From the NCBI RefSeq assembly GCF_009914755.1, contig NC_060943.1: 64,000 bases of DNA; one strand, written 5' to 3'. The DNA is from the human T2T-CHM13v2.0 reference genome, Homo sapiens. The notes beneath the pieces were generated by a model. The model was not told the DNA's origin. It was given only the letters and a program-made list of their open reading frames with translations, and made no database searches. Position 1 is the first letter of the stretch; every line of letters starts with the position of its first letter. This document shows, piece after piece, positions 40,719 through 64,000 of this stretch. The position numbers and the translations under genes were made by a program.

Positions 40719-41629
40719 CTGCAGGGGCAGAGTGTAGAGGTCATTGTCGCCAGCCCTCCCCCGCCAGCCCTAGGAATGGCCAGGGATGGGACTTCCTGCC
40801 AATTGGGTCATTTTTGGGGTTCTAGTTGGGGCAGTGGAATGCAGGCAGGGCCGAGATGTTGGGACTGGAAACAAGAAATGAAGGGAAATGGTGCTTTTCT
40901 TGATGGAAGTTAGGACTTTAGGATGATGGATACTTCCTGAAGTGGAGAGGAGACTTCTTCATTTGGCTGTGGAAGGTAGAGCTTTTGGGGGAAATTCCTG
41001 AGCTGAATATCATAGTAACCAAGCAGACCAGTGGAGTCTCAGAATTGGCTCGAAGGTGTGACTTGTACAGGAGTGGGGTGGCTTCCTGGGAAGGTGCATA
41101 GACTTTCTGAATTGCCTGTTGTGGTATCTAGAAAGGTGTTAGACTTCCTGAGCTGGCTGAGAGTGATGGGAACGGGGATGGAAACTTCCTGGAAGATGTA
41201 AATGAGTGGGACCTACCGAGAGCTAGGTGGAACTTCTTGAGTGGGTTGGATGTCAGGGTAACTGAGTGGGCATTGGACTGTGTGTGATGGGCCCTGGGAG
41301 GGAAAGTGAAGACTTCTCGGGTGGTGGGTGGGACTTCTGAGCATAAGATTGACCTTCCTACCAGGTGGGTGGGGCTTCGTGAATTCAATCAGGCATTTCC
41401 TGACTTCTGGTCAGTGTTCTCAAATGGGATTTGAGCTTTATGGTGAAGAGAAGGTTCCTGAGTATTTGGTTGGGTGGGGCATAGAATTTCCTAGTTTGAT
41501 TTTGAAACTCAGCATATTGAACTGTTGGTGAGTTTCTTTAATATGTCTTAAGTTGTCACTTAAGCTCTGGGGCTTATGAATAGGGTTGAGGTGTTTCTTC
41601 TGTTAGGTAGGTGGCTACTTCCTGAATGA

Positions 41630-41960
<331 letters not shown>

Positions 41961-42057
41961 ACTGGGACTTTCTTTATGGAGTAAGAGACTTCCTGAAGGA
42001 GGGCCTCACTTCCTTCTGAGGAATAGGACTCATAGATAGGTGCACCCTCCCCAGCAC

Positions 42058-42257
42058 CTGTTGAAGTAAAAGGAGAAGACAGGCTTATCCAATAGCCCCT
42101 GCTCCACCAGTACATCCAGCGGGGGCCGAACTCCTTCCACAGACAGAATGGGAAAACCGAGGCCCAATATCCCATCGGGGCGGGAAACAGTGAAGACCAG
42201 GCTGGATTCCCACAGAGCTTCCCCGAAAATCACGGATGCACCCTTGATTCCACCAAT
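42058..42257 (-). pseudogene. NAPSB: NAPSB exon 5
   Basis: IGGIKGASVIFGEALWE...DGILGLGFP...VFSFYFN(R); donor AG|gtgctg. Confidence 0.92.
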
Positions 42258-42568
42258 CTAGGGGTAGATTGAAATGTGACCAGTTACTTTTGGGAGGACA
42301 ATAACCACATGTCCTGAGGTCTCCCAAACCAAAGCATTAATCCCAGGTCTGGGGACATCTGGACCCAAGCCCCCAACTGCTTAGCAAACTTTGCCTCTGG
42401 ACTTGAGAGAATTCCTATCCCTTCACCCAGGAACCCCTCCCCCTCCTTGAGAAGCCCCATCCATCGGCTCAGGAAGCCCCTGCACCTCAAGCCCCTCCCT
42501 AAGCCAGATGATCTTAGACAACAGGGTTCTCCCAGGCTCGAGGCTTCCTGGAGTCAAAGGCCACTCAC

Positions 42569-42687
42569 AGTCAGCTTGTCCTCACTCAGGATTCCATCTA
42601 CCCGCCCAGTTCCATACTGAATGGCAAACTTGGTCCCACTGGGCTTGAAGGAGCTGGAGGCATTGGGATTGAAGCGGTGGTGGAACC
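42569..42687 (-). pseudogene. NAPSB: NAPSB exon 4 (flap)
   Basis: (W)[39 protein letters not shown]. Confidence 0.93.
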
Positions 42688-42876
42688 CTAGGTCAGAAGT
42701 CAGAGAGGTGTCACTGTGGGAGGGGAGCTTTCCGAATGCCTTCTGCCCCTTTAACCTTCTGACCTTTGAGGGTGTCAGAAAAGAACAGTTCCTCAAAAAC
42801 CTTTGGGAAGCTGAGGCCCAGCCCCGCCTTCTCCCTTCACCCCCATTCAGCCTTATTCTCCCACATAGAAGCTCAC

Positions 42877-43000
42877 AGCAGGGCACACTGAAGAAGTGGC
42901 ATCTCCTGGACGGGACCCAGAGATTGGAGGAGCCAGTGTCAAAGGCAACAGTGAAGTTTTGTGGAGGCGTTCCCAGCCCAATTTCCCCAAAATACTGGGC
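42877..43000 (-). pseudogene. NAPSB: NAPSB exon 3 (first catalytic Asp)
   Basis: [34 protein letters not shown]. Confidence 0.94.
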
Positions 43001-43085
43001 CTGAGGAGGCAAAAGAAGAGACAGAGTCAATGAAGAGTTTGGCTCAAGGGCACAGGAGTGGGGGCTGTGTAGGGCTGTGACTCAC

Positions 43086-43227
43086 ATCCAGGAATTTGGA
43101 GAGAGGTACCGAGGCAGGCTTGTCCCCAGGGGATGGGGCCCCCAACTTGGGGAGCTCTGCTGGTTTTCCCCATCCCCTCAGTAGGTTCAGGGTCCTGCGT
43201 CCAGGGTGGACTTGACGAAGAGGGATC
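43086..43227 (-). pseudogene. NAPSB: NAPSB exon 2 (propeptide)
   Basis: IPLRQVHPGRRTLNLLRGWGKPAELPKLGAPSPGDKPASVPLSKFLD; cag| acceptor and |gtgagt donor. Confidence 0.9.
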
Positions 43228-43654
43228 CTGTAGGGTATGAAGATGATGAGAATTAGGAAGCCGCCCTTCCTGGAGACCCTCTAAAATAGACTTACCCAAA
43301 TGGAATATGATGACAAATTCAACATTTCCAAGGCGCTACAATAGGAGTCATTACCAGAAACCCTACAATAACAACCTCCGGGAAACCCTAGCACAGAAAC
43401 CATGATGACAGATATCCCCAAAGACTTTACAGGAACAAACCATCCCAAACAGAACTTCCCAATGGTATCCAAGTCCTTAAAATAAGCCATTCCCAGGGAA
43501 TTGACATTCTCAAAGTTTTCCCAAGACCCTAACATGAAATCTGACCTTTGCAGAAGCCCTCGGATGGTGGCCCTTGCATGCTTCAGTTCATGATGTTGGA
43601 GACTATTTCCCCACCCTTGCGGAAAAACGTAAGCATCAAATCTTAATTTCACTC

Positions 43655-45255
<1,601 letters not shown>

Positions 45256-45708
45256 TGGCACACGTACTAATACTCTTGCTACTACTATTGCTGGGAGTAA
45301 TAAACTGCCCTTTGTCTCTGACTTGGGAGTCTTGGGTCTTCTATGAGCAGCCATGAAACTATGGCAAACTAACTTCATAGTTCTTGACGCTCATTAGGAA
45401 AATGGACAAAGGACATAAAATTGCAAAAGAAGTACAAATAAATTCTAAATACATGGAAAGATGTCATCAACAGTCATCAAAAAAATACAAATGACAACAG
45501 TGAGAAACCTTGTTTCACCATACAGATTGGCAAAGAACTGAGAATACTTATTGTTGATTAGGTTTGCAAATGTGTATCAAATGCTCGAAAATTGTACCCA
45601 CCATTTAACACAACCCAGAATTTCATCTATAGGAGATCACTGGATGAGTGCACAGAGGTGGGTTTATGAGGCTGTGCCTAATTTTGGAAACTGGAGACAG
45701 TCCAATGA

Positions 45709-46711
<1,003 letters not shown>

Positions 46712-46999
46712 GTGGCCAACAATGGGTACAGCTTAGTTCTGCTTTGGAACATACATAGAATGGAACCCCATTTGACCTCTAAGAAGGAGGAAGTAGCTGT
46801 CTATACCAGTCATTCTCAAACTTTATTTAGCATGACCCAAAATCACCTACAGCAGTGGTGTTGGGCAAATCTTTGTGTAGAGGCTTTGCAGGCCAGACAG
46901 TCTCTGTGGTAACTATTCAAATCTGTCCAGATAGCATGAAAGCAACTGCAGACAACAGATGCTATGGAAATGAATGCGCATGCTGACTCCAGTTTTGTT

Positions 47000-50051
<3,052 letters not shown>

Positions 50052-50227
50052 TCAGAGTAGAGCCCTCGGGGTGAGAGCCCACTTTAGAGATCTGGAAAGC
50101 CAAGAAAGAAGAGTCAAGGATCCTGGGTGCCAGGTTTGGGAATCACTGAACCAGGAGCCCCAGACTTAAAGGGCAAAAAGCAGAGAATCCCTCCCAGGTT
50201 TGGGGGTGGCAAATGGGGTCACCATAC

Positions 50228-50310
50228 CGGATCAGTGTGGCCCCAGCAGGCTCCACATTCAGCAGAGGCAGCAGCAGCAGCAAGGGTAGCAGCAGCAGTG
50301 GTGGAGACAT
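50228..50310 (-). pseudogene. NAPSB: NAPSB exon 1 (signal peptide)
   Basis: MSPPLLLLPLLLLLPLLNVEPAGATLI(R); donor CG|gtatgg. Confidence 0.92.
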
Positions 50311-50779
50311 TGCTGGGGAGCCGGGTGTGAACCCAGGCTTCCTAGTTTTCTTTCCCCTGTGACTCCACCCTGTTTATGCCCCACCTCCCGGTTTAGGAGG
50401 TGACCAGAACACGAGGTCTCTCAGCAGGTGACACAGGGGGACAAGGATGTTTTTGAAGATTTGTGCAGAGTATTTGTGTAGTGTCAACAAAAGTTGTATC
50501 CTGTGTCCTTAGTGCTCCTCATTCCCTACTTGGGGGGTGGTGGTCGTGGGGTGTCCTCTGCTGGGACTGCCTCCCACCCCCCATCCTTTAGCCTCTGTCA
50601 CTTTTACTTCTCACTTTCACATCACTTTTCTGAGACTCATTAACCACAGTGTTTCCTTGGCCAAGTGGGAGGGACCAGCAGGTGTCTGTGAAGGGCCTGG
50701 GGAAGGGAGAGAGGAACTGATTATAAGCCTGCCCTCCCATATGAAGTGGGACTGCCTGCGTCTGAGGACCCAGACTCTT

Positions 50780-50780
<1 letters not shown>
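50311..50780 (-). promoter_or_regulatory. NAPSB proximal promoter
   Basis: CATAAA TATA-like box at ~50373-50378 (-). IRF-like AAGTGA/GAAA array at 50597-50630. GAGGAACT at 50711-50718. Unique sequence ends at the L1 boundary. Confidence 0.55.
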
Positions 50781-52532
<1,752 letters not shown>

Positions 52533-53034
52533 TGTAGCAGGACAAGCTGTGGAGAAAACCCCACAGACACCGAGATAGTGAAGGAAGTAGCTTTTAATCA
52601 GCTGGAAGCATCAGCAGACTAGCATCTTAAAATTCGAGCTTGTTGAGTGCACAATTTCTGTCGCTTTTAAGGGTTCACAACACTAAAGATTTTACATGAA
52701 AGGACCGTGATTGATTGAGCAATCTAGGGGGTATGTGACAGGGGCTGCATGCACCAGTAATCAGAGCAAAGCAGAACAGAACGAGAAGTTTCACAATGTC
52801 TTTCCATACAATGTCTGGAATTTATGGATAATTGGTTGCTAGGTCATGGGTTGAATTTTAACTATCAGGCTAAGGTCAGGCAGGCCCAGGCCTGGTTTTG
52901 GGTCTGGTTTTGGGTCTGGTGCATGGCGCCGGGCTGCCTGCCTTTGGTTTCGCTTCCTTGTTTCTTCTTAAAACAGGTACTGAGTATGAAACAATATAGA
53001 ACAATATGGGGGGGTCTCTTTCTCTCTTCTCTCA
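52533..53034 (-). mobile_element. 3' LTR of a HERV-E-like provirus (LTR2B/LTR2C-like)
   Basis: TG...CA ends (TGAGAGAAGAGAG...CCTGCTACA on -), preceded by a purine tract AAAGCGGGGAAA directly after env. Confidence 0.8.
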
Positions 53035-53065
53035 TTTCCCCGCTTTGAGACTCTCACTCATGGTA

Positions 53066-55124
53066 TTAGTGGAAGTTCTCACTTTCATTTTTACTACTTA
53101 TGTCTTCCTGTGCAATAGATTGATAGTGATTCAAATAATATACTCGTGCTGAAGCATTCTGGTGAACTAAGGTAGTGATGAAGCTTTTTATCATTTGAAG
53201 AAGTATAGGTAGCAAACAAGGGAGTAGTAAGCGGATTCCTATTACTATTATAACTCCTATTATAAGAGTTTTAAGCCCTCCTATTGCTGGGAACCAATTT
53301 CCAAACATGGCCTCAGGATCAAATCCGTGCCACACTCGCACTGTACATGTGCCAGTTTTGTTATATCTTTAACTATGTCTTCAACTACTTGCCCTTGATC
53401 ATCTATGTGGAGACAGCAATTAGTAAGGTTAAATTTTCCACAAACTCCTCCTTCAGCTGCTAGCAAGTAGTCGAGAGCTAGTCTATTTTGGTAGATAGCA
53501 TTCCTCATCTGAGTCTCTTGCCGGGCAAGAACAGTCAAGGCTTGACCAGTTTTATTAGTAATAATTTCTAAAACAGCTTGCAACTGTATGATTCAGTTGA
53601 GCATGTAGATGGGGGTCCAATATCCCTACGAGCCATCTTATGCCCAAGTGGCGGGCCCATAGTATTGTATAATTCTTTCAGGGGGCCATCATCATCTTTC
53701 CAGTTACCTATGGCTATGCTTCGTTTTTCACGGGAAGCATAGACAGGGAATCCTAAGAGTTTGTTGTTTTTATGGGCAGCAGGAAGAAAGATGGTTTAAT
53801 AGTGCCAATTACACAGCTACCTGTCTACTGATCAGATAGCTTAGCATAAGCTCTATGTCCACATATCCAGTATAACCCAGTAGGGGCAGTCCAGTCCCAG
53901 TGGAATTCTGGGTGGGCCTAAACAGTCTGCAATTTTGGAAATTTACGGAATGGATTTTTTTCCGTGTAATTGGAACTCCACCATGTAACTGTTTTTGTGG
54001 TACCATTATACAGTTTTTGTCCAAGACAACTAACCTGTCCTACAGGATGAGTGAATTATTTTCCTTCTCTAGCTATGCAACATTGTCCAATAATTGAGGC
54101 TTTTAGAACCCAGAAATTGTCAGGGTGGTTCTTTTGGGCCGAGAATTCATCAGGAACTGGGTCTGTAGGAACTCATTCTCGGGCTTCCCATGGCCACTGA
54201 TCTCCTGTTACAGTTGCTCCACAAACAAAACACGAAGTGACTTTTAGAGACTGGGCTACATGCTCGGCTAACTGCAAAAACAAATGTCTAGTTTTTCCTG
54301 GAATTTCAGGCACTGGCACATTTTGTTCATCATAGAAAGTGTGAAATACTGGCTCTGGAGAGCATGTTCGAACCTCTCCTTTTATTAAAATGTTTACCCT
54401 AGGGTCTAGTCTTTTTCCATCAATGCCTAGAGATAAGTATTTTCCTTTTTTCTATTTTGGGTCTGAGGGGCTTGTGATTACTAATTTTAAAGGGTTGCAG
54501 CTTCCACTCATGCAGGACAGGCTTCCTTTCCCTTTTTGGAGCCAAACAGGATCTTTTTCATTTTTTTTTTCCCAGGTAGCCTAAATGACACAAGACCAGT
54601 ACCCACATTCTTTTCCACACAATCCTGATTCATGACAGATGTACTTATTTTCGGTCATGTAGTTTTTTCCTAATTAAAAGAGCCACATCCTGCTCCTAAC
54701 TTATTGCTATTAATGACAGCACAGCGTCAAATCTTAAGATTATGCATTTGGGCACCCCTTTTTCTTCTGTTCTGGCTAATACTTTACTTGTATCATTTAT
54801 GAGTCCCTGCCAGTGTTCAGTCCTTAATCTTATTTCAAAAACTGTGGAAATGGGAGGTTCAGAGGGGTCATAGCACACATCGGGCTGGTCACTTCCTGGA
54901 TCACAGACTTTGTACTGAGTGTTATTATACAAACATGTTCCTTTTGGAATTCCTAGGCCTTCATAATAACTATAGAACAAAAAGATTGTCTTAACTTGTT
55001 GTCCTACCTCAGTGACCTGAGGTATGCACTGAAAGCAGTCCTCTGTGTGGGAAGAAGCAGTGGAAGCTTTTACCACACAAGTCCGTGTTATAAGGAAAGT
55101 AAGTCCCACGACGATTTTCCTCAT
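53066..55124 (-). pseudogene. Disrupted HERV-E-like env
   Basis: MRKIVVGLTFL...QVTEVGQQVKTIFLFYSYY leader. REKR furin site at 53721-53732. Immunosuppressive motif [18 protein letters not shown] and a TM helix. Broken into several frames. Confidence 0.9.
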
Positions 55125-55146
55125 GCTTCGGCCGCGAATAGGCCAG

Positions 55147-55749
55147 TCAGCTTCCGGGTGTGACTGGAGCAGGGCTTGTCGTCCTCCTCAGGGTTACTTT
55201 GCAGGGATTGTCTAGGCCTGGTTTGGCCTCCCAGGTTCCAGTGGCTGCAGGCTTTCCGCAGCTGTGGTGAATCCCGGCCGGAATTCCTTCTACCTTCACA
55301 GCCGTGGGAGTGGTCAGGATAACGGTCTGGGGTCCCTTCCACTGTGGCCCTAAGGGAGCTACGTTCCAGTCCTTGATCCACACGCGGTCACCTGGAGAAA
55401 AAGGGTGAACTGGGGAGAATAAGCTGACCGGGCACCTCATTTACCCAAGTTGAGATTGTCTCGGTAATTTTCCCCAAGGCCTGTAGCTGTCGCTGCAATT
55501 CAATTTCACCCAACTCTTGGGGAGTACCCAGAAGCCCTCGCGGCATAGGAGGAGGCCTATGATATAATATTTCATAAGGGGAGTGTCCTGTTTTCTTAGA
55601 GGGGGTGCACCTGTTTTAAACAATACCATAGGAAGGGCCTGTATCCATTTCAATCTTGTCTCTTGACATACTTTCCTTAAACTATTTTTGATAGTCCGAC
55701 TCATTCGCTCCACCTTCCCAGAACTCTGAGGTCGGCAGGCAGCATGTAG
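55147..55749 (-). pseudogene. HERV pol integrase C-terminal remnant
   Basis: LHAACRPQSSGKVERMSRTIK, then HPFSPGDRVWIKDW...WKGPQTVILTTPTAVKVEG; frameshifted. Confidence 0.88.
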
Positions 55750-58298
<2,549 letters not shown>

Positions 58299-58582
58299 CT
58301 CTAGACATTCTCTTACTGTTTTATTTGGAAAATACTGAAACAGACATACACACACACAAATAAAAATCACCCATAGCCCCATCATCTCTAAAATGTATAA
58401 AAATAATTTGCACTGTCTCTCTGTTCGCCAGTCCCTCTTCTCCCAGATTAAGCTTCTCAATTTTTAACAAGCATAAGAAATCTAGTTAAAATGCAGATTC
58501 CTGGGCACCACCCTCAGCTATTCTAGTTTGGGAGGCCTAGGATGAGACCCAAGAATCTGCATTTTTAAACAAATTCACTGAT

Positions 58583-61046
<2,464 letters not shown>

Positions 61047-61087
61047 GTCCTTATAGATATTTTCTGTGCATCTGTTCCATATCATCT

Positions 61088-62643
<1,556 letters not shown>

Positions 62644-63185
62644 TCAGAGCACTCGATCTGGGCCCTTTCAACTCGCCCCTCATGCTTTCCGTCTGCAGCA
62701 CCCCATCCAACTTCACCCAAAGCGCCCTTAAGTAGTTTCTGAGAGGCCGTGCCTGCAAATTCCCAATTGGCCACAAGGTGGAGGTGTGGGCCTGTTTTCC
62801 CAGCCGCCACCCGTTTCTAGAGCTGGACCCCTGGAACACCAGGCTCTTTCTAGCTTCCCTGCTTCCGCCCTAGCGGTTCCCACCGGCCTGGAATGCCGAC
62901 TTGCTCGCTCTCTGCATCCCACGGGAAAAGGAGCAGAACAGAGGCTTCCTCCCTGACTCTCCTGCCCGAGCTTACTGGGACCTGAATCTCCCCGTGTTTA
63001 GTAGTTTAGCGGTTTGTGATCAGGTCGGCCTCCACCATCAGAGCAGCACACTCTCGAGATGGGGCTCAGGCCTGACTCTTTTCGGGGTCCCCAGAATCGC
63101 TCAACACAATTCTTCCAGAAGCCTCGGGATGCGATTAAAGGATTGCCAGATTTTTCGACCGGTCGTTTTGTCGAATCATTTAGTT

Positions 63186-64000
<815 letters not shown>

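Noticed and set aside
53066-55124. Functional or domesticated env gene
   Set aside because: Multiple frameshifts and stops; the longest piece is 142 aa, and there is no 5' LTR or splice donor.

Overview
Primate, most likely human, genomic DNA; the gene order matches chr19q13.33. It is Alu-dense and contains no prokaryotic-type systems. From left to right: (1) the last four coding exons and 3' UTR of MYH14 (+). (2) The complete KCNC3/Kv3.3 gene (-), convergent with MYH14: a 757-aa CDS over four exons, plus two alternative C-terminal acceptors inside the terminal exon region. (3) NAPSB (-): nine napsin exons that splice into an unbroken frame but have TGC where the stop is expected. (4) An old L1 interrupted by a half-deleted HERV-E-like provirus with its 3' LTR. 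(5) At the right edge, a paralogous copy of the NAPSB 3' flank, i.e. the edge of the NAPSA/NAPSB duplication. Best leads: a CpG promoter overlapping the NAPSB last exon that appears to feed KCNC3, whose ZNF143-like cores are intact here but mutated in the duplicate; a one-strand ETS array in NAPSB intron 5 plus PU.1/IRF motifs upstream; a ~210-bp non-Alu inverted duplication in a MYH14 intron; and an RE1 site followed by three motifs phased exactly 85 bp apart in KCNC3 intron 1. Exon boundaries were read by hand from GT-AG sites and frame. Repeat subfamily names come from recalled consensus sequences and their ends are approximate. I found no demonstrably new biological system; the findings are testable hypotheses.
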